From contig OZ024740.1 of NCBI GenBank assembly GCA_964016885.1, positions 206,026,001 through 206,090,000 of the forward strand: a DNA stretch of 64,000 nucleotides, written 5' to 3'. Positions 1 through 11,947 of the stretch are shown here, one piece after another. This DNA is from Eledone cirrhosa (taxonomy: Eukaryota). Below the pieces are notes generated by a model. The model saw only the letters and a list, made by a program, of their open reading frames with translations, was not told the origin of the DNA and made no database searches. The translations under genes and the position numbers were made by a program. Numbering within the stretch: position 1 is the stretch's first letter; every line of letters starts with the position of its first letter.

Positions 1-1673
1 GCAGGGTTTACATACATTATTGGGGTTGCTTCAGTGTGATAGTAAGGTTTACATACATTATTGGGGTCACTTCAGTGTAACAGTAGGGTTTACATACATT
101 ATTGGGGTCACTTCACTGTAATAGCAGGGTTTACATACATTATTGGGGTTGCTTCAGTGTGATAGTAAGGTTTACATACATTATTGGGGTTACTTCAGTG
201 TAACAGTAGGGTTTACATACATTATTGGGGTTACTTCAGTGTAACAGTAGGGTTTACATACATTATTGGGGTTGCTTCAGCGTAACAGTAGGGTTTACAT
301 ACATTATTGGGGTTACTTCAGTGTAATAGTAGGGTTTACATACATTATTAGGGTTACTTCAGTGTAACAGTAGGGTTTACATACATTATTGGGGTTACTT
401 CAGTGTAACAGTAGGGTTTACATACATTGTGGATTGGCAGTATCGGTAGAGGGTCGGACGCCATGCTTTCCAGCATAGTTACGTCCCTTTACGATCTGAG
501 TTCAAATCCTGCCGAGGTTGACTTTGCCTTTCATCCTTACGGGGTCAATAAAATAAAGTACCAGTAATGTACTGGGATAATCGCTGGCCTTGTGCCAAAA
601 GTAGAAACAATTATTTGGGTTACTTCACTGTAATAGCAGGGTTTACATACATTATTGGGGTTACTTCACTATAATAACAGGATTTACATATATTATTAGG
701 GTTACTTCACTACAATATCAGGGTTTCCATACATTATTTGGGTTGCTTCACTGTAATAGCAGGGTTTACATACATTATTTGGGTTACTTCACTGTAATAT
801 CAGGGTTTACATACATTATTGGGGTTGCTTCAGTGTGATAGTAAGGTTTACATACATTATTGGGGTTACTTCAGTGTAACAGTAGGGTTTACATACATTA
901 TTGGGGTTACTTCAGTGTGATAGTAGGGTTTACATACATTATTGGGGTTACTTCACTGTAATAGCAGGGTTTACATACATTATTGGGGTTACTTCAGTGT
1001 GATAGTAAGGTTTACATACATTATTGGGGTTACTTCAGTGTAACAGTAGGGTTTACATACATTATTGGGGTTACTTCAGTGTAACAGTAGGGTTTACATA
1101 CATTATTTGGGTTACTTCACTACAATATCAGGGGGTACATACATTATTGGGGTTGCTTCAGTGTGATAGTAAGGTTTACATACATTATTGGGGTTACTTC
1201 AGTGTAACAGTAGGGATTACATATATTATTGGGGTTACTTCAGTGTAACAGTAGGGTTTACATACATTATTGGGGTTACTTCACTGTAATAGCAGGGTTT
1301 ACATACTTTATTGGGGCTTCTTCTGTGTAACAGTAGGGTTTACATTCATTATTGGGGGTACTTCACTACAATAGCAGGGTTTACATACATTATGGGGGTT
1401 ACTTCAGTGTAACAGTAGGGTTTATATACATTATTGGGGTTACTTCACTATAATAGCAGGTTTACATACTTTATTGGGGCTACTTCAGTGTAACAGTAGG
1501 GTTTACATTCATTATTGGGGTTACTTCACTACAATAGCAGGGTTTACATACATTATTGGGGTCACTTCACTGTAACAGTAGGGTTTACATACATTATTGG
1601 GGTTACTTCACTACAATATCAGGGTTTACATACATTATTGGGGTTACTTCAGTGTAATAGTAGGGCTTACACA
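1..1673. repeat. 41-bp minisatellite (gggtttacatacattattggggttacttcagtgtaacagta)n, interrupted by a SINE
   Basis: Period of 41 directly visible; the array runs off the window start. Confidence 0.95.
429..615 (+). mobile_element. tRNA-derived SINE family A (A box tggcagtatcgg, B box gagttcaaatcc, core ctttgcctttcatccttacggggtcgataaaataaagtaccag, ATT tail)
   Basis: Near-identical copies at about 8175-8352, 13563-13670 (-), 17215-17312, 18861-19050, 31484-31670, 38856-39020 (-), 62238-62362, 62381-62570 and 62857-63058; several have clear target-site duplications. Confidence 0.9.
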
Positions 1674-2342
1674 CATATATCACTGCATGTCATAAGAGGC
1701 AACTAAAAGTGTTAATGTTGAGAATGACACCCACTGAACAATGTGGTGTGTGTATTTTATTGTGGCACTAGCATGTTTGCAACAAGACTCCAGACTCCTC
1801 TCTTCTCTACATCAATAGAGAAAAGATTTCATGGGAATTTTGAAGAATTGAAAAAGCTCTAGAATGGAATGAGGAAGAAACAAAAACTAAGTAATTACAA
1901 CAGCCATTGTAATCGACATAGATATTATATACAGGACTCTCTGTAAGGCTGGATCTTATAACATATTTATTGGTGTCAAATAACCAAGAGTACAAGTCTT
2001 TTTCTTGATCTGACATTGAGTCATTATAGGATTAAACCCCAGCTATTATTGGTATTTTTGTTCAGATGAGTTGACTAGAGCAATGTGAGATTGAGTGTCT
2101 TGCTCAAGAACATAATACACTGGCTGATCTGGGAATCAAACCCATGACTTTACAACAATAAGCCCAATACACTAACTACTAGGCCACATGCCTTCATGTA
2201 GCTGTGTTGAGGTTGTTTTTATAAAAGTTTAACTAAGGAACCTATTAGTCATAAGTAGTACAGTCAAGTAACTTTCTCTTTTCACTCAAAAGTTACCAGC
2301 AGCAAATATGGCCTTGGCATGTCAGGTTTTTTAGCATTGAAA

Positions 2343-2660
2343 TCATCATCATCATCGTTTAACATCCATTTTCCACTCTAGCATGGGTGAGATGGGTTGT
2401 CCCATTAGAGGCATGTCAGGTCAGGTGACTGTCTTGCTCATATAGAACTGTTTTTGGCTAGGTTTCTACAGCTGGATGCCCTTCCTAACGCCAACCACAT
2501 TTACAGTGTGGGCTGGGTGCTTTTTGTTGTGACACCTACATGACCACTTTACAGTGTGGGCTGGGTGCTTTTTGTTGTGACACCTACATAACCACTTTAC
2601 ATTGTGTTCTGGGTGCTTTTTGTCATGACATCTATACTAGTGGGCTGGGTGCTTTTTGTT
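2343..2660 (-). mobile_element. SINE-like family with (GAT)n tail, ggaagggcatccagctgtagaaacc core and internal ~40-bp tandem subrepeats, representative copy
   Basis: Related copies at about 5230-6100, 6235-6720, 13120-13290, 17870-18180, 37170-37590, 45240-45420, 45680-45985 and 63700-64000. Confidence 0.7.
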
Positions 2661-2771
2661 ACACGAATGTCATTGCTATATAACTTTATTAACAAACGAA
2701 ATGTTTGCAGTTTGCATTGAGTTCATGAAACTACATATATCCTTAAATTTATTTATCATTGTTAATTCCAG

Positions 2772-2873
2772 CGTTATTTAGGCTCCTCTCATCCTTACCA
2801 TCTTCAACTATGGGTTTCTCGCAACCGTGGTGAATTCAAACTGGCTCAATTCTGGCCCCAAATGAACAATATG
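2772..2873 (+). CDS. SORL1: SorLA exon (VPS10P domain), RYLGSSHPYHLQLWVSRNRGEFKLAQFWPQMNNM
   Basis: ttccag acceptor and gtaagt donor; 102 nt, phase 0-0; matches vertebrate SorLA QLWVS...AQF; joins in frame to the next exon. Confidence 0.9.
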
Positions 2874-3334
2874 GTAAGTCAAAGTTATTTTATTGCCTGA
2901 CAGACAATTTTAGAGAGGATTTGATACAAATGAACTGAAATCAGTTTAGCTATTACATCATGGAAAAGTCATTTTAGTCATTACCCCCTCCTTCAAACAC
3001 CAAATAATTAAACAAAATCTGTTAACTTCACTTTACTTTTATTCTTTATTTAAAAATTTTCATCACACTGTTTGCAACTTTGTCTCCAAGAAATAAATAA
3101 TAAATTTAATGTGAAGTTAACACTTTTGGGTTTCTTTTTTTTTTTTTTTTAATGGCCAAATGATTTTACCTTGATCTAATTACAGCTTTAATTTCAACAC
3201 AGGGCTACTTGTCAAATAAATATAGCTCTGAAATTAATTTAAACAAACATCAATCCTTCAACATTTTAAGATATATTTTTTAAATGTTTATTGTAGAATA
3301 CTGTCTTTATACCTGATAAAATTGATTGTGCATG

Positions 3335-3830
3335 TGCACAGTAATCAGATGGGAGGTAGGCGTAAAATCCTATCTTTAATTCCGTGTTCATGCCAACGCT
3401 TACCTATGGTCATGAATCTTGGGTAATGACCGAAAGAATATGATCGCGAATACAAGCGGCCGAAATGGGGTTCCTCCGAAGGGTCTTTGAAGTAACATTA
3501 CTCGATAGAGTGCATAGCTTGAAGATCAGAGAGTCACTTCAGGTAGAGCCACTACTTCTCTGAATTGAGAGATCACAGCTCCGATACTATGAGCATGTGG
3601 TTAGAATGTTTCAGGGAAAAATCACTAGACAGATTTTACGGGCAAAACCAACCAGCAAGAGACCCAGGAGTAGACCCCGAGCAAGATGGATAACATCCAT
3701 GAGCTTGGCTGGTCTCACTTTGGGATCCAGTCAGATCAGTTAGAGGCGGTTACTTCTGACAGGACCTGCTGGAAGGAATGTTTGAGGACTCTGCCCCACG
3801 ACCCTCTCAGGAATAAGAGAAGAGAAGAAA
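3335..3830 (+). mobile_element. RTE-clade LINE 3-prime fragment (degenerate)
   Basis: Translates to LTYGHESW...AAEMGFLRRV...RPRxRP with stops, followed by a GAA-rich tail; related copies at about 9436-9670 and 46628-47035. Confidence 0.8.
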
Positions 3831-3870
3831 ACACAATTTCACATTCAGACTCTTGAAAAATAAAGACAAA

Positions 3871-4733
3871 ATAGAAATAGAAAGCCCGGCGTTGCTCAGT
3901 AGCTGTGTTAATGTTACAATGTTAAGTTCCTTTCTTGGATTAAAAACTGTAGCGTCTACAGTGTAGACTTTCATGTGGTACTTTTGATTAATATTCCCTC
4001 AACCAACAGTATGTCTTATGAAGTTAAGAAAACAACCATAACCCAGGATGCTGGAGATAAAAACTGCACTGGTAATCTATTAACAAAAATCGAAAATGTA
4101 AACACTGCAACACTTGTCTCAGATAAAAACATCAGCGTAACCAAACTATCAGTTATTTTGAAACAAAGAAATTGGATGGACATGAAAAACAACAACAAAA
4201 AAAATGCGTCATCTGTCTGTCGTTTAAAATCATTGCTTCTAAATGAAAATCTCATAAGGCTTTATTCGAGATTATATATATAGATCAATGCTTCTTTTTA
4301 CAAAATATTTGCTTGTTTTACAGTGTATAGGCTTGTTTTCAAGTAAAAATATTGTTTTAAAAGACTTTTTAATGGAAATGAAGCAAAATGGAAGCTTAAT
4401 GTTGAAACTTCGAACTCATAAATTTTGCAGGTTAAAATTTTGCTGGCCCGAAAACTGTTCGTGTATTTTTTGTACTTTTGCACGCGTAGTTTGTTCGTAA
4501 CGTAAATAGATAAACAAATGACGCCATAAAAGGGAAATAACTCGTCTCTCACCTCTATTTATACATTTGAACTGAAAAAATCAATACATTACAAATTCGA
4601 TTTTTGCACTTGGCGTGGGTCAATTTGAAAATTTTTTTGACCGATGTCTCTGCCGGACCTTCATCTATAAGTGTAGCAATTTCACCGAAATTTGAAAGTA
4701 CGGTTTAGGAGGAGATGTGTGCCGACCGTTTTA

Positions 4734-4784
<51 letters not shown>

Positions 4785-4806
4785 ACCTCAGTTTTATATA
4801 TATAGA
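3871..4806 (-). mobile_element. Non-autonomous Helitron-like element with (GTCT)n microsatellite
   Basis: Minus strand begins A|TCTATATATATAAAA then (GTCT)n, and ends with a GC-rich hairpin remnant (gagcaacgccggg) and a CTAG-like end. Confidence 0.7.
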
Positions 4807-4849
4807 TAACAGTGAAATTCTTAACATTTCTGTATGGTTTAATCCTCAG

Positions 4850-5019
4850 GACTACTATATTGCTGATGCATCTGAAGACCAAGTTTTTGTGTGTGTGAAC
4901 CATCATAATTACCTAAGCAACTTATTTGTGTCTGATGTCAGTGGAATCAAGTTTTCTTTATCTCTTGAAAGAATTATATACTTCAAGCCTAAAGGTCCAA
5001 ATAAAGACACATGGCTAAG
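4850..5019 (+). CDS. SORL1: SorLA exon (VPS10P), [18 protein letters not shown]...[12 protein letters not shown]
   Basis: cctcag/gtattt; [15 protein letters not shown] and KFSLSLE are diagnostic SorLA motifs; phase 0-2. Confidence 0.96.
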
Positions 5020-5880
5020 GTATTTAACTGTTTTTTTTCCTCCTTCCTTACCACCCCTAGTACACCTGCTTCCTCCTTACCACACTTCCCCTTGTCTTTT
5101 TTTATTTCTTCATTCAAAATGGCTGGATAGAATATACTGGATTCAATACAACTTACTACACACTTAACATGCCCCAGTATTGTTTCATTAAATACTTGAT
5201 TTTATGCTTAAATGTTTTCAATTTAATGACATCATCATTGTCATCATTTGTTCACTTTTCTTGCAAGCAAGTATTGGATGGATCATCACAGACCAAGTCA
5301 GTACTTAATTGGAGCTATGGACCTCTCAGTTGTGCTTGGGGGCTTGTATCTTGTATATATTCCTACTCTCTAGAGTGCACTGGGTGCATTTTATTGTGGC
5401 AGAATTACTAGGGAGGTTGTTATGCCTTTGATACAACTGAAGAGTCCTCTCAACCTTTTGCGCATGGTTTCTACAGCTGAAAAAAATGAAAACAATATTG
5501 TTTCATCATTATCATCATCGATTTACATCTATCTTCCACGCTAGCTTGGGTTAGATGGGTTTGTCCCATTTAGAGACAAGTTGGATCGGGTGACCGTGTC
5601 TCGCTCATATAGGAGAGTTTCTTAACACCAACCACATTAACAATATGTGTTAGGTGCTTTTTGCCGTGTCTTTTACACGTCCACTTTACAGAGTGGGCTG
5701 CATGTTTTGGGGCTGGTTTTCTACAGCTGGATGCCATTCCTAACGCCAATGACATTTACAGTGTGTGCTGAGTGCTTTTTGCTATGTCTTTTACATGTGT
5801 GGGCTGGGTCCTTATTGTCGTGGCACCTACACGATCACTTTACAGTGTGGGCTGGATGTTTTGTGGTACCAGTATAATAT

Positions 5881-5913
<33 letters not shown>

Positions 5914-6897
5914 CACACATGCACATATCATGATAATGATATGCACATACATATATATATTTGTGTACATATACGGGGCAGATTTTGGCTTGGTTTCTAC
6001 AGCTGAGTGCCCTTCCTATCGCCAACAACATTTACAGTGTGTGCTGGGCACTGTTTGACGTGACACTTACATGACCGCTTTACCGTGTGGACTGGGCACT
6101 TTTATCTTTGGACTAGGGAGGGGGAGGAGGCTTGGGGGAAAATGTGGACAGGGTAGTAGGGGAGGTATGGTTACCGCTAAAGGAGGTGAATGAGAGGGGA
6201 TAGAAGGTTGAGGAAGGTATATATATATATATATCATTGTCATCATTATCATCACCACTGCTTTACATTTGTTTCCCATGTTAGTATGGGTTGAACGGGG
6301 TCTCATGATCTGCGACTAGACAAGTCAGTTGACCATGTACTGCTTTTATGTTCCATTTTGGTAGGGTTTCTATGGCTGGATATCCTTCCTAATGCCAACC
6401 TCATTTCAGCATGTACTTGGTGTACTTTAGCAGGGCACTTTGTAGAGTGGGCTGGGTGCATTTTATTGTGGCACCAGTACCATCACTTTGTAGAGTGGGC
6501 TGGGTGCATTTTATTGTTGCACCATCACTTTACTGAGTGGATTGACTGCATTTTATTGTGGCATCAACACCATCACTTTGTAGAGTGGACTGACTGCATT
6601 TTATTGTAACACCAGCACTATATAAAGCAGGCTGGGTGCATTTTATTGTGACACCAGTACCATCACTTTATAGAGCAGGCTGGGTGCATTTTATTGTAGC
6701 ACCAGCACTTGGGAAATCATTGTGTTCTCAGCCTGGCAAAGTGAGGAAAAGTGGGGGAGGGAGATGAGAGCATGATGGAAGAGTACTGTGGTGATGGGCA
6801 ATGGCAGCAGAGAGAGGGAAAGAGAGAAGGTGAGAACAAATACTGAGTAGTAGAAGTGGCACATATTTAAAAGAAATTATTCTTTACCATTTTCTAG

Positions 6898-7096
6898 TGT
6901 TTATGCAGATAAATCATTTGCTGACATCCACAAAGTGAAAGGAATACGCGGTGTTTACATTGCCTCCCAGTTTATGAACAACTCCTTCAATGTTGACAAC
7001 CAAATTAGTTTGATCACATTTAATAAAGGAGGTACATGGCGACCTCTATTGGCTCCTGAAAAAACCAAAGATGGAATGGTTTTAAATTGTTCTGTG
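6898..7096 (+). CDS. SORL1: SorLA exon (VPS10P), FADIHKVKGIRGVYIA...ITFNKGGTW...NCSV
   Basis: ttctag/gtaagt; Asp-box-like TFNKGGTW; phase 2-0. Confidence 0.95.
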
Positions 7097-7392
7097 GTAA
7101 GTAGGAATTCTCATTTTTATATTTTATTTATTGTGTGTAGCAAAAGAATATACCACATATATATGTGTCTAGAAGTTTTAGCTATTTTTTCTCTTGAAAA
7201 TATCCTTTGTAAAACCAGCATATAACTTATCTACTGGACCTACAAAGCCTGAATTTAAAATATATGGTGTTTTGTAAATGTTGTATGTAAAATGAAGGTG
7301 TGACTTATACATAAGTATATATATATATATATATATATAAACAAAGTGTTTTCTTGAAAAATCAAGTTGAGGTGTAAGTGTATTAGAATTTA

Positions 7393-7644
7393 TAGAATAT
7401 TGAGAAACTCGACACAAGGATAGCTGCCAAAACAGTAAAATGTTTTCGATGACGGCATTCGGTAAAAATCTGACCTCAAAGTACAGGAATAAACGGCTAG
7501 AAGTGTGTTGGTCCAGAGAAATTGTTGGTGCAGAGGAGTGCTTCTAGCCATTTTTGCCTGTCCTTTGAGGTAATATTTTACCCAACGCCATCATTGACAG
7601 CATTTTACTGTTTTGCCAGCAATCCTTGCGTTGATTTTCTCATT

Positions 7645-7650
<6 letters not shown>
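7393..7650. mobile_element. Foldback MITE with ~110-bp imperfect inverted arms, adjacent to (TA)n
   Basis: tagaatattgagaaactcgacacaaggatagctgccaaaacagtaaaatg pairs with cattttactgttttgccagcaatccttgcgttgattttctcattattcta. Confidence 0.8.
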
Positions 7651-7707
<57 letters not shown>

Positions 7708-7727
7708 TTAATACAAAGCATTGTGAG

Positions 7728-8172
7728 ATATGTAATAAAAGGCTGATCATTTTCAAAAAGCCAGTACAATGCTTTATAAAAATATAAAGGGCAAAAGATG
7801 ACAAATAAAATAAAACAATGTAATGTTTTACTCAATATATTTCAACATGTTATTTCAGGGCTTAGCCTCTTTTCAAATGTGGAGCTGAAACAGTTCAAAA
7901 CAAAATGAATGATCATTGTGTTCTTTCTTAACTGGCCTACATGTCTGAAATATGCATGTGTGAAGTCGTTATAGTAACCAGTTGGAGCGCACAGCACTCA
8001 CCGCCTGCTGCTCTTGTTCCTTCTCTGTAAGGATGATAGCCCTGAAATATCTTGTTGAAATATATTGGGTAAAACATTACTTTTTGTTTCGTTTTATTTG
8101 TCATCATTTGCCTTTTGTATTTTTCTACCACATTGTGCTGGCTTTTTGAAACTTATTGGTCTTTTATTATAT
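7728..8172. mobile_element. Foldback MITE with ~140-bp imperfect inverted arms
   Basis: ttcaaaaagccagtacaatg...atatatttcaacatg...tttcagggct pairs with agccctgaaa...tgttgaaatatat...cattgtgctggctttttgaa. Confidence 0.8.
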
Positions 8173-8348
8173 ATCAGTATCGGTAGAGGGTCGAACGCCA
8201 TGCTTTGACGCATAGTTACGGCCCTTGCCATTCTGAGTTCAAATTCCGCCGAGGTTAACTTTGCCTTTCATCCTTACGGGGTCGATAAAATAAAGTACCA
8301 GTAATGCACTGGGTAATTGCTGGCCTTGTGCCAAAAAGTAGAAACAAT

Positions 8349-8450
<102 letters not shown>

Positions 8451-10777
8451 CACACACACATCTATATGGGTTGTACCCTTTTTCCATGAAAATATGACAT
8501 GCAAAAGCAACAATTGATTTATTTACTGGATCTACAAAACCTCAAGTTTTTGTGTATCTAGTTTAACCTGTTGCTGTGCCAGATTTCTTTTCAGTAAAAT
8601 GACTATTTTTTTTAAAACAAACATTTATTAACAGCACAAGGCTTCAACATCATTCAAACTATATAGAAAAGCAGAAAAAACATCTTACCATTCAACTCAT
8701 ACGTGTTCAATAAGAATAACAATGACAAAAAAATCTCAAATGAGAAAAACCCATGCGTAATTTATTTGATAACCATATATCATATCTGAATGATCAATAA
8801 ACTAGTAACCCCATCTGGTTTTGAAGTTATGAACTGTTGGAAATGAGTTCAAACATTTTAGGACCAGTTATCTCATCTACGGCACTGAAAAGGTTAAAAG
8901 AGATACATCATATTTCTGTATGTCATATAAAGTGACTAAAAGGGTTGGCATCAGGAATGGCATCCAATTCTAAAGCTAGCCTTGAAAATGACCCTGTGAT
9001 TACTATGAATCTGTCATGGGGCCTCAGGGCTAAACTCTGCTTTAACAGTGAAAATGGCCTTAACATTTTTTTGATGTTGAATACTTGCATATAAGTCATA
9101 TCTTTTTCCATGAAAATCTGACGTGTAAAACTATAATTCAACTTATCAACTGGGCCTACAAAACCTTACCACAAAATATACAGTACATTGTAAATGTTGT
9201 ATATAAAATGAAGGTGCAACTTATACATGAATATATACAATAAATACTTTTAGCATAAAAACAGGCAGTAATGTTTAATTATATGTGACTTGAAAGAGAG
9301 GAGTATGTTGTGAAAAATGTCGCCCTATGAGAAAGACTCTGGAACATTGCTGTTGGTGGTTATTAGTTTATCAATGTGAATTGAAGAGGGATTTTGAATG
9401 ATTAGTTTTATAGTCCTGAACACGTCCCTTGTTAACTTGCTACTTCTCTGAATTGAGAGTCACAGCTCCGAATCTATGGGAATGTGGTTAGAATATCTCA
9501 GGAAAGAATCACTTGGCAGATTTTATGGGCAAAACCAACCAGCAGGAGACCCAGGGGTAGACCCCAAGCAAAATGGTCTTGCTTGGAGATACAGCTGGAT
9601 CAGTTGGAGATGGTTGCTTCTGACAGGACCTACTGGCAGGAATAAGTGGGAGAAGAAGAAGTAGAAGAATTGTTTACTGTTCAGTGTAGAATTGTGCAAT
9701 ATAGAATTCATTCTTTATTCTTCTTGTACTCAAGACTTGTTTTTCAAAATAGAGTTTTATACTTATTGTACTTTTCAAGAATGTCTTGTTAATATGGTTT
9801 CATGTGGTACAGGACATTGAATTAAATTACAAAACAAACAAACTAACTAAAACTTTTGTTATCTTTGTTTCAATGTTTTCTGTTTTAAATCACATTGAAT
9901 GTTGTCCCCCCCCCCCCCCACATACTTTAGTTCCTGTCGTTTTACTAGTTTCTCAGTTAATAGACCTTGTTTTCTGTGTTGTATCTTTTTTTTTTTAATA
10001 TATATATTTGGGGTGTCAATTACTGTGTTTCTGAATTTCCATTTTTTTAAAATTTAGTAGAAAGGTCATATTGAAAAGAGAAGGAAATAATTGTAATCTA
10101 CAGATTCAAAAATGTATCCCTGCAAAATTTCATTAAAAACATTTATCCTGTAATGATTGAGCAGAAAATATTTAAAAATGGATTTGTTTATCCAAATATT
10201 TATAGTATCTTTTCTAGTGGACAATAGGGATATTTGTCTGCTTCTACATCCACATTTGTGGGTCCCTATATATATATATATATATATCAACTAGAAATAG
10301 ATTGACATATATATATATATATAAAATAAATACATGAAACAATCACAGGGAATAATTTGTAAAGAATGTAGGCACACATAGCTAGGTAGGTAACTAATTA
10401 AAGTTTGACTAGAACTTCAAATATAAATACCTTTTAAAATGATTAATCTCCTTTGTATATATTTCTTTAAGTAAGAAATATATTTCACCTATTAATCCGT
10501 AAATCACAGTAGTTAAATTCTTGGATGTTCACCAAAGGAGAAGAAAAATAACCATCTGTGTTTACAAATCAAATGCAAATCTGCGAATGATTCGAACCAC
10601 GTGTTGCATTTTGTTAAAAATACACTCATTGAACAACGTCACCCCAGTGGCGTGAATAGGACCATCGACAGCCAGAAATAGCAGCCGAGCCTATTCAACT
10701 GAATTAGCTCAACAATCAAGGGGCCGTATATATATCCAAAATTAAAATTAAGGGTTGTCATGTCTGATATATATATA

Positions 10778-10913
10778 TATTAAAATAACAGATTAAAGTT
10801 TAAGCAAAGAATTGCTGCTTTCACCCTTAACGGGATCTTCTGAAGTTTCAGAAGATCTCGTTAAGGGTGAAAGCAGCGATTCTTTGCTTAAACTTTAATC
10901 TGTTATTTTAATA
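10778..10913. repeat. 136-bp palindrome (67-bp arms, 2-nt spacer, 2 mismatches)
   Basis: Arms compared base by base around the centre at 10845/10846. Confidence 0.95.
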
Positions 10914-11384
10914 AATATTTGCTCTACGGTTCTTATATATTTGATATATATCCTTATCGAGCCCTCTTTGTATTTTAGTCTTCAAATTTATTATTATTAC
11001 TATATATATATATATATACATTGTAAAAATGTGCATTATTAGAGTAAAGACTTGAATCTTTAATGTAATACAGTGATGGTGCTGTTTTGTACTTTTCAAT
11101 AATATCTTGCTTATGTGGTTTCATATGGTACAGGATATTAAGAGTTAGGGTTGAAGAAACAAAGTTAGGAGCAGGACACTAAACTGTGATTACACTTAGT
11201 TATTATGACCAAGATAATTATTATTACTTGTGTCATTATTACTACTTTCATTATTGTTAATAAATTAATAAACTTCACAGGTGAGTTTTTTTATAAGTAA
11301 ACATTATGCTGTAATAAAAAGACATTGCAATTATATAAATTACTCACTTTGCTTTCATCTTATTCTATTCGTTTCTTTGTGTAG

Positions 11385-11414
11385 TCATTTTACACTCACT
11401 GGTTTAGAAAGAAG
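11385..11414 (+). CDS. SORL1: Candidate 30-nt alternative microexon of SorLA (SFYTHWFRKK)
   Basis: Long pyrimidine tract plus tgtag acceptor, AAG|gtaatt donor, 10 sense codons in a phase-0 intron; TGCATG motifs downstream; no transcript evidence available. Confidence 0.6.
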
Positions 11415-11732
11415 GTAATTCTTTCCATTTAGATCACCTTTGCATGACAATAAACTCAGCAGCATGATTCCCTATCATTCAAAGTTATTTCAAAACTGTA
11501 TATAGATTATTATCATTATTATTAAAATGCAGTTGTAAATCTTAACAATCTATGCCAGTTAATATTTAAATTTGCTGCTAAAAACTTAGTTGATAGCATA
11601 TTTACAAAACATTAGTTTTGAATGTTCTATCTTTATGGTACATGAATATAGAATTTTTGTTGTATGCAAAATTCTGCATGTGTTTTGTTTAGCTCTTTAT
11701 TTTGTTTTTGTTTTGTTTTCCTCTCAGCTATA

Positions 11733-11947
11733 TTAACTCTTTAGCATTTAAACCGGCCATATCCAGCCAGAATTCTGCCACCTTTTTCTGTTCAAACTGG
11801 CTGCTCATACTGATGTTAAGGTATTGTTCTCAACATAAATAATATCAATCTCATAGATTTGATATTATGTGAGATAATTGTGAGGTAAAGCCTTTACCAT
11901 GAAAATATAATAGTAAATATAGAGTAATGTAAATGTTAAAGAGTTAA
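11733..11947 (+). mobile_element. piggyBac-type MITE (TTAA TSD, TIR ccctttagcattta, ~210 bp), representative copy
   Basis: Copies at 16788-17000, 29055-29240 (-), 31039-31254, 38296-38521 (-) and 62610-62827, all bounded by TTAA plus the TIR. Confidence 0.88.

Noticed and set aside
429-515. tRNA genes suggested by A and B boxes here and in other SINE heads
   Set aside because: These are heads of multi-copy SINEs with body, tail and TSDs; no complete cloverleaf is evident
1024-1706. ORFs with repeated YIHYWGYF motifs
   Set aside because: They are translations of the 41-bp minisatellite
3975-4552. Several overlapping 70-100 aa ORFs
   Set aside because: AT-rich interior of a non-autonomous Helitron; no recognisable domains
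11700-11732. Strong acceptor-like tract ttttgttttcctctcag
   Set aside because: Followed immediately by a MITE with in-frame stops and no matching donor
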